The notes beneath the pieces were generated by a model. That model searched no databases. It was not told where the DNA came from and was given only the letters and a program-made list of their open reading frames with translations. The position numbers and the translations under genes were made by a program. This document shows positions 52,811 to 64,000 of a stretch of 64,000 nt of DNA, piece after piece. Numbering within the stretch: position 1 is the stretch's first letter; every line of letters begins with the position of its first letter. The DNA is from Octopus vulgaris (Eukaryota): NCBI GenBank assembly GCA_951406725.2, contig OX597814.1:177692001-177756000 (forward strand), written 5' to 3'.

Positions 52811-54163
52811 ACATTATATGTAGATGCATACATACACATACACACACACCCACACACACACACATCCACACACGCACACACACATTTGTGATACGTGTTC
52901 TTGATAAGAGATTTTTCCATCATTTCACTTTAAAAAGACTAAAGATAAGATTAAGTAAAAATTAAACTAAACAATCTCATGAAATGCGTAAAAATAACTT
53001 TCAACGTCATCATTTTATAGATGTATTAAATAGTTAGAAACCCCTTTTCGGTGCAGCATACCTATAATTAAATTGGATATTCAGTCGTGATTCTCGAATG
53101 TGTTTCAGCTTTTGAGAACACACTAATAACATCTCAGTTAGATATCAGTATTTACAGATATGAAAATATATCTGTAGATTTGTGAAAGAAATTAAATATT
53201 TCATATGAAGACAACTAGTGAATACTCTATAGTTATGATGTTAATGATGTTCTGTGAGACATACAATTACTAACAGAGAAATAGAAGCTAATTATCTTGA
53301 CATATGGATAAATGGACCGCGATATCTTTGCTAATGATACAGTTGCATGCCTTATAAAAGAATATCAGTAATGAGAAGGAGATTCCTTCAACTACGCATC
53401 GTCAATGGACTCTAGAACAATACGCTTTATTATATTTCATAAGCCTAGAGTGTTATACTATTGCCAATGTATTGTCTTTAGAGGAAAATAATATTGAATA
53501 TTCAAGCAGAAAAATAGACAGGTTGTAGAAAAAGGATATCTTCATAAATATATAGATGTTGAAGAAGATACTTTCACTAATAAAGCCAATATGTATTCGC
53601 TACCATACATCTATAAATACAAATCGTTAAAACGAAAATAAAATTGAGACCCAGGGGGAAATTAAAATACTTATTCTGTGATAAAATAAAACAGAAATGA
53701 TCATGAAAGATTATTTGTATTTTGTCTGACCATGTTGAAAATCCTCCTAGACGCACATGTTGCTGATTTTCTTGGCGATTATTATGTGATATTTAATTTG
53801 GATATGTCTTTAAAAAATGTATAAAATAATTATTGAATGAAGTGTCGATGAACCGTTTAGGGAAATGACAATATATCGATGAGGAGCATAGAAAAGTAAG
53901 GAACTTGAAGATATCGGTTTTACTTTGCCTTTATAGAGGATGTCTTTTCTATCAGCAAATAATTTGCAGATAAAAATGATGGATTTTACACATAAGCAAG
54001 CCATCTATGTATGATTACACTTGCCGTCATTTATTTGCGTCAATATCATGAGGAAATTGTAAAATTGTACGTAACCTGATAGTCTTGCACTTACCAGCGT
54101 CAGCAATTACTTTATAACCAGGTATTGCTCTAAGGAATGTTACATTAAACATTATATATAGTT

Positions 54164-54575
54164 GGAGTGGCTGTGTGGTAAGTAGCTTGCTTACCAACCA
54201 CATAGTTCCGGGTTCAGTCCCACTGCGTGACATCTTGGGCAAGTGTCTTCTACTATAGCCTCGGGCCGACCAATACTTTGTGAGTGGATTTGGTAAACGG
54301 AAACTGAAAGAAGCCTGTCGTATATATGTATATATATATATAAGTATGTGTGTGTCTATGTTTGTGTGTCTGTGTTTGTCTCCCTAGCATTGCTTGACAA
54401 CCGATGCTGGTGTGTTTAGGTCCCCGTCACTTAGCGGTTCGGCAAAAAATAGACCGATAGAATAAGTACTGGGTTTACAAAGAATAAGTCCCGGGGTCGA
54501 TTTTCTCGACTAAAGACGGTGCTCCAGCATGGCCGCAGTCAAATGACTGAAACTAGTAAAAGAGAAAAGAGAAAG
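54164..54575 (+). mobile_element. Family-B SINE
   Basis: Full-length homology to the other family-B copies. Confidence 0.88.
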
Positions 54576-55449
54576 ATATATATATATATAACATGCCAAA
54601 CAGTTGCACAGAACAGAAGTAACCTTAAGGAAAGAAAATTCACACGTTCAGCGCTAAATATTTGTCATTAATGAATAATCTTCGAAAAGAATACATAAGA
54701 ATAAGGAAGTAAATAGATCTGTACATAAAGCTACAAAATAAAAAAAAAACTATTAGCGTATGAGTAATAATTAGAAAAATGTATTGTAGAAGTGGAGAAA
54801 AATATTTTAACAATGCAGTTTCCAATAGATGAGCAAGATTTCGAGGACTTTGGGAAAAAGATACTTGATTGACTGAACAAAATTGTGAAATATATTAATG
54901 GCACTTAATAAAGAAGAATGTGAAGGGAACTAAGACGTTCTTGAAGTTACAGCCTGGGGAGTTTTCAAAACGTCTTCAATTAATGTAGAAATGAATGTGG
55001 GGAGAGAATGAATTGTGAATCGGAAAAACGAAGTGTTGAAGATGTTTAAATTAAAAAATAAGGGCACTTTCGATGACAAAGCTGCAGGCACATATTTTGT
55101 TAAGTTATGAGGTATATAATAAATCTAGTGCATATGATCTAATAAAGAGCAATCGTATAACAGCTACTTATGATCTCAGAGTTGTCAGTGAAGAGATCAT
55201 CAGCCGTGTATATCAGGTTTTTATTCCAAGAGAGAAGCATTCAAAAAGAATCAGTATCAAAATACCCGTGTATATATAAATGGAGTTAAACGCATATTTA
55301 TACATCGAAGAAAACATTGCTTTTATTCCGGAAGGAGTAAAATGATGAAAAACAATGCAATTTTCTCTTCAGGGAAAAAGAGAAACTAAACACATGAATA
55401 AGACATTTTAACCGAATGTGATGACTGCATGTATGATAAAGGGGACGCT

Positions 55450-56060
55450 GGTACGACCTTGAGAAAGAGAACCACTCTACATAAAGAGCAAATCCGTTTC
55501 CCCCAATACAGGCAAATTCCTCTCAGTGAACATACAGAAAAATGTGCAGATAAAATCAAATAAAAAGTTCACAGTCTTCCCCTTCTACCAGTGCAAAGAC
55601 ACAATCTCTCCACAAGAACGTTTAATTAAAGAAACTCTTTTCATTGAAAAATACAGAACACGTCTTAATATGAACGCATAATCAACTTCGATCTTTTTAG
55701 ATATTTCATTTCACGATTACATCACTGCACATAAATCACCTGACTAAACAACTTTTTCGAAACCCATTTTTTGTCTGTACATATATATTCCCCCCCCCGA
55801 AAGCTGAACAGATATCTCCCTTACCCACAACAATTAGAATAATAACGATAACCAATTACCTCCAATTACTTTTCTACTTGTGAAGTCATTCACTCGTAAA
55901 TATCATCACACACAACATGGACAAAATTTCTTCTTAAGAAAATACATATTCAAATAAGTAAACCATAATATCATGAATAGCGAAAGCGAAACCGGTCAAT
56001 ATATTGAAAAATGTTATTAAAACTATGTAACGTGTATGTATTTTCCTTTTTTAATTCCTT
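55450..56060 (+). mobile_element. PLE 3' fragment (EN C-terminus + pseudo-LTR)
   Basis: GTTLRKRTTLHKEQIRFPQYRQIPLSEHTEKCA..FTVFPFYQCK..ERLIKETLFIEKYRTRLN* (stop 55679-55681) aligns to the C-terminus of the intact PLE; the fragment ends at a microsatellite. Confidence 0.85.
55965..56004 (+). ncRNA. Minimal hammerhead ribozyme motif, A3-U8 variant
   Basis: ATAATATC [ATGAATA] GC-GAAA-GC [GAAA] C-CG-G [TC] AATATAT; same pseudo-LTR position and same ACCGGT stem III as in the intact PLE. Confidence 0.65.
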
Positions 56061-56067
56061 ATGTGTG

Positions 56068-56141
<74 letters not shown>

Positions 56142-56988
56142 AGTATATATGAGTTAGAGGTTAGACAACCATCTAAGGGATAATAATTATCCAATATGCC
56201 ACTGGATGTATACCTAAATATATCCAAAAACTTACTGTTGCAAGGCAATAGTGCAATCAAATAATAGACATGTGAGGGTAAACCGAAGTTTAACCAGAAT
56301 TTATAAGGCAAAGAAGAAAATGGAGAAGATCATAGATAAATTGACTAACATCAGCTAGATCCATTTATTAATTAATTACAATCATATGAATATGAATAAT
56401 TTAAAAGAATAAATAAGAATAAATGAGTGAATATAACTCTACTCGTACATAAATTTCTACTTTGTGGTTCCAGCATGCCATATTTGACACATCATACCAA
56501 TATTATACAAAGATTATACAAAATTGAGCAAGAATTGGATAGAAATCAGACAAAATGTGAACCCCAGGGCTTCATAACAGAGACCATAAAGGCAAGAATT
56601 AAACAATAGTATAGTATTTGATTTAAATAAAATGTGATCTCATAATCTCCGAGGAAATATCTTCATTTATATAGAAGATCAAAAATAAAATCGCAATCGA
56701 CAAAAAGAGAAACGAACACATAATCCAGCGAGAAAAGTATTGAAAATAACCGTTAATAGATATGGATGTATAAGCTGCATGGCATGAGTGCACTCGCTCA
56801 TACAAGCATCCGTAAAAATGTAAACATACGGACTCATGATCACATGAGTGCACATAGCTTCACTATATACCGAAATTAGAAACAGGAGTTAAAAATTCCT
56901 TTTCTACTGCTATAAGAATCTCCATGACGGTAAACATACTTTTTACGAAGGCAAAGAGCAAGGAAATTAATCAACAAGACAAGTATTA

Positions 56989-57051
56989 ATTATATACGCG
57001 TTTCGAGATTGAAGTAATTTAAATTTTACATACTTCTCTGTTTAGTATAAT
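56989..57051 (-). ncRNA. Degenerate hammerhead ribozyme motif
   Basis: ATTATA [CTAAACA] GAGAAGTA..TACTtcaaTCTC [GAAA] C-GC-G [TA] TATAAT; the stems are intact but the first core box is mutated. Confidence 0.5.
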
Positions 57052-57228
57052 ATTTCCGATTTTTATAAAATTTGAAAATGCTAGGGCTGAATATGTACAC
57101 AATCGAGCGTCATCATGTGACAGATATCCAACCAACACTTCACAGATTTAGAGAGCCGAATGTGAATACACTATTCAAACACTATACCCACGTGTATGCC
57201 AAGAGCAATACCGCAGAAACTGCAGTAA

Positions 57229-57298
57229 TCTATCATGGAGTATCTACATTAGACATCTTATTTGGGAAACCTCCAAATTATAGGACGAATCTTCTTAC

Positions 57299-57336
<38 letters not shown>

Positions 57337-57408
57337 ACGTAAAAAGATTCGTCTTTTAATTTGGAGGTTTTCCAAATAAGATTTCTAATATAGATTCTCC
57401 ATGATAGA
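57229..57408. repeat. ~72-bp imperfect inverted repeat with a (TA)n spacer
   Basis: tctatcatggag..cttatttgg.aaacctccaaatta..gacgaatctt.ttacgta / tacgtaaaaagattcgtc..taatttggaggttt.ccaaataag..ctccatgataga. Confidence 0.85.
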
Positions 57409-57947
57409 ATAAGCCATATATATATATATATATATATGTGGATGTATATATATATATATATATACAAACATATATATACAAATATATATGCAAACATATA
57501 AATAAATATGAAAGACTTGGAGTTTCCCTCTGCGTGATCCACGAACAAGTCTTGCCCAGAGTGCTGAGCAGTGGGACTAAGTCCGGAATCATGTGGTTAG
57601 GAAGGGAACATTGTGCCACACAGTCATGCTTGTGCTTATACATATACACTACACAGCGACACTCATGAGATATCCCATACTAACAACGTCTGTTCGGTGT
57701 ATTTTTATACGTTGCATGTGTGCTGCGGAGTGGAGCCAATTAGTACGCCTGGTACTAAGCGCATCAATAACATAGACAGACTTAACTATTTTGCATCGCA
57801 TTACTGAATATAAAATCGGACATATTTCCCAAGTGTCCAGTAAATTATCCATTTAGATACTCAACTGACGCAAGCATAATAAAACAGTTTCAGAAAGATT
57901 GCAACATGAAATTATTCGTTCCGAGCATGGCGTTACGTACGTTTGGA

Positions 57948-57982
<35 letters not shown>

Positions 57983-58006
57983 ATGTATTTATGTATACAT
58001 GCATAG

Positions 58007-58044
<38 letters not shown>

Positions 58045-58108
58045 CTCTGTTTCTACGTCCATGTACGTATGTACGTGTATGTATGCGCGGGCGTTCTTGC
58101 GCATATAT

Positions 58109-58150
<42 letters not shown>

Positions 58151-59053
58151 ACGTGAACGAGTGCATATTCGCATGCGTATGATTGTGGATCGGTGTGTAG
58201 ATGCACATTAAAGCAGAGAATATGTGAGACGAGTAATATTTAAAAAAAAAAATCACACACAAAAAATGTAATGTGTGCAATTCATTACGGTGATTGGTTA
58301 GAATGATATTTCATAATGTAATTTCTATTGCGAAGTCGTAAAATGAAAAAAAATAATAATAAATCAAATAATATAATATAAAATTATGAAAAAATATACT
58401 ACATGTGTTGTAAAGAAGTATCAATTTGAACATATTGAAATTTTATCCGTTACGGTATACAACCCAGCAAATAAATTATTTCAATTAACATGAATTTTAC
58501 CTCGGAAACGTCTAGGTTCACACGCGCACACACACAAATGTATATCACAGCAAGTCATAATTAATATGATTGATGAAATATGACCTAAAAAACGTAAAAT
58601 GAACGAATAAAATACTAGTAATAAAATTCATCTAGTGATGACATAATTTTATTTTTTTAATAATAATATTTCCATGTTTGCCAATATTTCTGGAAAGCTC
58701 CCGCCATTCCTCCGATCCTATTTAGCGTGGTGGAAATGAAGCTTGGTCAATTGCTAACCTTAGTTCAACGGTCTATTTTGAAGACACCTGCACATACATC
58801 CTTGGAGACAAAAAAGAAAAAAAAGGAGGAAAACCTCGGACACTAATTCCAGTCCTGATCAGCCTACCTTCCAGTGAAGCATATGAGGTCGTTCCTGTTT
58901 GTTCCGAAGTGGACTAGTCAGGATATCAAGCCTGAAACAGACGTGTACATCTAATCCGTAAATCTCTCGCAAAGCCAGACCATCAGGGACACTAATTTAC
59001 CATATTATTACTTCGACTAGCCGCAGAAAAATTAAGATGTTCGACGAAATATA

Positions 59054-59622
59054 TTGGGTTGTCCGGAACGTTCGTGCCGATTTTTAAAGGAAAGAAAAAG
59101 GTCAATAAATACTTGCCATTACATTTTTAATCAACTAAATATGAAACATTTTGTTGCACAATGCGTCTCCATCTTTCCTTTAACTTGAAAATGACCTCTT
59201 CGCAGAATTAAGGTCATTTCATGGGAAAGAATTCCTCAAGTTATCTTTTTACGTCATCCAAGGAATTGAAATTTTTTACCATTAAGACTATTCTGCAGAG
59301 ACCTGAATAAGTCGAAATCCGAAGGAGCAATATCTGGTGAATATGGAGGGTGGGGGATAACACATCCCAGCCGAGCTGTAGCAATTTTTGTCTTGTTCCC
59401 AAAGCATCAAGTGCCGAAAATGAACTTAGTTATCTTCCATTTTAAAGGATTACATAATTAACACAGGTTATAGGAACATAAACCTTCTTCCACGAAAAGA
59501 TAGCTTAAACCGTTCTCTAAATGGAAGTGTAGTCAAATTCTATTTTATGGATTCAACCATGTTCTTAAATAGGTCGAAATGTAAGCTACTATAAATCGGC
59601 ATGACCTTTCCGGACAACCCAA
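59054..59622 (-). mobile_element. Internally deleted mariner of the same family (keeps the C-terminus)
   Basis: TA TSD; TIRs TTGGGTTGTCCGGAA; 5' UTR nearly identical to the 51469 copy; minus strand encodes LLQLGWDV..HPPYSPDIAPSDFDLFRSLQNSL..LKERWRRIVQQN. Confidence 0.9.
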
Positions 59623-60360
59623 TATTATGACGTTTAAATTCTGTTTTTTCTTTTCTTTTTACATTCTCAGATAAAATGCAATCGATGCTCTTAACATTAA
59701 ACTTCGTGAATGATATTTAATACACAGAAACTGCACAAAGCCATTCTGAGGTATCACCCTAATTTTCAAGTGGCAGACTTAATCCTTCGCCCAATGTAGC
59801 CCCAATATTTGGTCCTTGGATGTCGTTAGTGAATGTCATTTTGTTACAAGTGTTCGGGTCTCTCGTTCGGTTTGAGTAACACATCATCTTTTTATCGCAT
59901 GAATCTTCAAGATTCTGAGGCCATCATGTGCACCGCGTTTCCATATATAACTAAACCATAAAACATCTAAACATTATCAAACAATGAGGCCTATTAAAAT
60001 GGAAACACCCTTCGTCAAAATATTTTCTGGAGTATCAAGAGAACATGCGTGTGTTAGGGCAACACGGCAAATAGCACTGAAAACATGTTGCACCCTCAAT
60101 AGACAAATATCCAGAAATTTCTTTTAAAGGAGTTAGTCGAATAAATCGACAAAAGTACTGAGATACTCTTATCTATTGTCTCCGAAAGGATAAAAAGCAT
60201 AATTGAACTCGGTAGGTCTGGAACTCAAGAATGGTTTGGGCAGTGACTAAATGCCAGAAGATACATTTGCCTGACGCTGTAAGTATTCTAGTGATCTATT
60301 CCAATATATTAGTGCCAAGCGCGGTAGCGTAGCGTCATAGTAACGAGCGATGTCGATGAT

Positions 60361-60430
60361 ATCAGCTTGATCCTGCCAGTGGTCATAGGCTTGTCTCAAA
60401 GCTCAAGCCATACAAGTGTAAATTCATACG
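60361..60430 (+). pseudogene. 5' fragment of 18S rRNA (diverged)
   Basis: TTGATCCTGCCAGTGGTCATAGGCTTGTCTCAAAGCTCAAGCCAT vs the universal 18S start TTGATCCTGCCAGTAGTCATATGCTTGTCTCAAAGATTAAGCCAT. Confidence 0.85.
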
Positions 60431-60966
60431 TTACCGGAGCTGGATTTGAATATACCGAGTACATTAGAATGCCGGAATATATCCTATAAAATATATACTT
60501 ATATCCCTTCATATTTCGAATTCCCATTGTACTTTAAACAATTTCACATTTCAAACTTAATAATGATTGCATTGCATTACTCGTTATGCACTTGACTGCA
60601 CCTCTTATCTTCAGCTAAATTTGTTCATTCAATCCGCAAGAAAGAGTAGCTAAAATCACCTCCAGATATAGTCTAATTATCTTAAATAGGAAAGAAATAT
60701 TGGATAATGTAATCATAGTTATATTAAATAATATAAAGGTGATGAGAACCGCAGGAAAGATTCAGAGGAGTGTAAACAGCAAAATACCTCTTACACCATT
60801 CTCTACCAAAGAAAGTTGCCTTATATTACAGTAAGAAATAATTACTAAGTTTGTTAGAAAAGATCAGTATTATGTTAAGATGGCGAGACGTTTCGTTTTA
60901 AATATACGTAAAATATGCAATTTTATTTATCGAGAGTTGAATTTTTTATACATAAAAACAGTGGCG

Positions 60967-61005
<39 letters not shown>

Positions 61006-61291
61006 TATGTGCGTAATGGATATATTGCCTTCGGTGAGATAGACATTTCTTAATGTTTTCAGAAACCAATGCCTGGCAGATTATGTTTATTGTCGGTGTA
61101 GGTAAACGCCATCCACTTCTTATCAGTCAATGAGGATGTCTTAAAGCAGTCACTTGTTTTGCTAGAAGCAGCTGCTAAATATCCCTAAAAGACAGAAAGC
61201 CGTCTCCTTGTACCGATGTTAAAATAGTAAAGACAGGCTGGGCAATGTCATCCCAGTAATACAAATCAAAGGGGGGGGGAGTGCGAATATC

Positions 61292-61511
61292 TATTTCTTT
61301 ACTACCCACAAGGGGCTAAACACAGAGGGGACAAACAAGGACAGACAAACGGATTAAATCGATTATATCGACCCCAGTGTGTAATTTATTGACCTCGAAA
61401 GGATGAAAGGCAAAGTCGACCTCGGCGGAATTTGAACTCAGAACGTAACGGCAGACAAAATACGGCTACGCATTTCGCCCGGTGCGCTAACATTTCTGCC
61501 AGCTCGCCGCC
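61292..61511 (-). mobile_element. Family-A SINE
   Basis: Near-identical to 10672-10901. Confidence 0.88.
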
Positions 61512-62919
61512 TTAAAGAGTATACCGAATGGATACTCGACATGTAGTCCTGGAAATATGAGCAAGAGTAAACAATAACCATTTCCACCAAGAATTTACAG
61601 AATTTATTTACAGCATACAAGTCTGTGTCGCACTATTCTGATTTCATATTATCACCGAAGCAGATTACGTGTTTCTTGCTGTAGAATAATAGCATAACCA
61701 CCAGTAATACACTTGTTTTGTATCGGTGGACTGTATTTAACGTCTCTTGCTCAGAATAGTTTTTGCTGCGATTCCATTATTAATACTGTAGTTTAACGTG
61801 TGTGTGTGTGTGTGTGTTTTTCAACTGTTCGTTGTGTTCCGTATTAATCAAACGGGTTTAACGGCACATAAATACAGATATAAGCAAATGCTATTACATA
61901 GAAAAGTAACGAAGATATAACAAAATAACAACCCTCTACCGAATAACAAGTCTGTAAAGAAAGCAACAAAAACATAGGAAAACAACAACAAAGCCTACTA
62001 TTTCCTGTAACTAGCTGCATAATAGTTGCTATCTTTAACATACATTATTAATCACAGAACAAAAGCACGGCAGCAAAGCAGCAAAAGACAAAGCATTCAA
62101 CTATTATAAACGGCAAATAAATCGGCCAATTCTATTCAGGAGACGCAGCACGTCCATACACAACCAGGAAACTATATTTATAACATATAATCATGTTCTT
62201 ACTAAATCACAAGTGGCATTTCTTTTTGATAGATACCATTGATTTATGACAAATATATTTTTCTACTGCTGTTTCAGGTCTCATAAATGTCCGTGTAGTC
62301 TACCATAACGTCTATTTAATGATTTAACCTTATTACAACTGATTCTCGTCTATCATTACGCATTTACGAACAGCAGCCTGTATTGTTTTTACTCTTATAC
62401 ACGTATATTATATATCCGTATATAGTTATATCAATAAAATGATATCGTCTCTTATATAGTGCACGTAAGTGTAAGTACTATGCAAAGCAATTGAGAGTAA
62501 AATCAGCATTATTTTACTCCACAAATGTTTTTTTTTCTTATTGATGGAATGGCAATTATATTTATATACGTCTAGAACACAATGTTGAGCTCAAATACAT
62601 TTAATCTTTCAATGAATTAAAGTATCTCGCTTATACGTCTACGTAGAGATTTTAGTTTCGAATTTTATATTTCATATTTTTGATAAACAGATTCAATCGT
62701 TACTTCGGTTATAGATTCGAATAAGTCAGTGAGTAAATATAAACACTATTATGGGAAATATATGTTTTCGTGCATGTATCTGGCTTTGTAGCTTTTTTTT
62801 ACTTGAAGATTGTGGCAGAAGTACCTTTAGATCTTTGCAGGCTCTCTTAAACTAAGATATGCTTCACGTTGTTAATGTTCTGTTTAAACTTGCTGGCCTT
62901 ACACATACAGAGAAAACAT

Positions 62920-63130
62920 GAAGTGTGGGTGGGAAATCCATATGGTCAATGTTCTTGGGAAGAAGAATTGGGCATACTGTTATGTAGAATGGAGATGTGC
63001 GGGCGAATCAGGTGTGACGAGAGAAGAGTTTAATTAAAGGGATACCTGAATGGTGGAGGATCGAAAGAAAAAAGCAGAGTCTATTGTAGTGGTGTTACAA
63101 AAGGTGGGAGCGCAAGAGAGTGATGAATCA
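62920..63130 (-). mobile_element. Degenerate CR1/L2-type LINE 3' fragment
   Basis: Minus strand gives YAQFFFPRTLTIWISHP, similar to the FFPRT..WN.LP RT tail. Confidence 0.4.
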
Positions 63131-64000
63131 ACGTTACTTACTACAAAACCAGTAATTTATCGATTTCGAAAGAATGAAATGCTATGTTTATCTCGGCCGC
63201 ATTTTAACTCAGACCGTAAACATCTTGAACAAATAACGCAATACATTTTGTTTGACATTCTCACAATTTAACCACTTCACTGGTTTGTGAGACTATGATA
63301 CTACAATATGTTCCTTCGAAAGTGCCTTCAAATCTTCACTTCGTCAAATTACGCTATGCTATGTAAAGAAATGTAGAACTCATTTAGTAAGTAACTTTGT
63401 CCATGGATGTAGTTTGCTGAGACGAAACTATCGGATATTCTCAGTTAGGTATTAAAAAAAATCAATGGATGGCAGAATCGGTAAAGTCCAAAGTCATTTG
63501 TCATTGGCATTTCATTTTTATAATTGCCAGGTCGATGAAATACATATTAATCAACTACTTCTCCGATTAACCAAAGGCACACCCCCAACTACGGATTCTG
63601 TACATATGCCTGTATTATGGATCAATATTTCGGTCTGTGGTTTATTTAAAGGCGTTATGGTACATTATCATTAAAAATTAAATCAAGTTAGATAGGAACT
63701 ACTGTTAATGCTTAATTTTGTGTGTGCCTGATAGAGTAGATATATGATCAAAGACATTTCGCTCATAATTTTGTTTATTATATTGGAAAAAGGCGTATAG
63801 TCTATTTTGTTTTTGGATGATAGTAGGGTGTGATTTAGAGGAAAGGATTAGGGTCAGCTTTTAACTAAACAGACTGAACTAGCATTATTAATTTTGTAAG
63901 AGATTTTTCATAGAAATAAATAAATAAAAGACGACATTAGATAAGTTGTATGTATACATGTATATACGTACATATATATATCAATGAATGCGCGCATACA

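Overview
AT-rich, microsatellite-dense eukaryotic intergenic or intronic DNA. The tRNA-derived SINE families and repeat landscape look like Octopus (cephalopod); this is an inference. No host protein-coding exon could be supported, and nearly all ORFs in the track are microsatellite artefacts. The window is a mosaic of mobile elements. It holds one very young, nearly intact Penelope-like retroelement (PLE; RT + GIY-YIG, ~27588-32102) with 858-bp inverted pseudo-LTRs, four older PLE remnants, two non-autonomous Helitrons, three mariner derivatives, many SINEs, LINE scraps, a foldback MITE and a 5' 18S rRNA fragment. Three observations stand out. (1) Three divergent PLE copies keep an AAC-CAT-TTT-TTA motif (one copy degenerate), containing the HIV-type U_UUU_UUA slippery heptamer, in exactly the phase that links an upstream ORF to the ATG-less N-terminus of the RT frame. 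This suggests a programmed -1 ribosomal frameshift (gag-pol-like expression) in PLEs. (2) Minimal hammerhead ribozyme motifs with non-canonical but compensatory cores (U3-A8 plus A13C; A3-U8) lie in the pseudo-LTRs. (3) A duplicated E-box/CCAAT/E2F + TATA promoter module sits directly upstream of that ribozyme.
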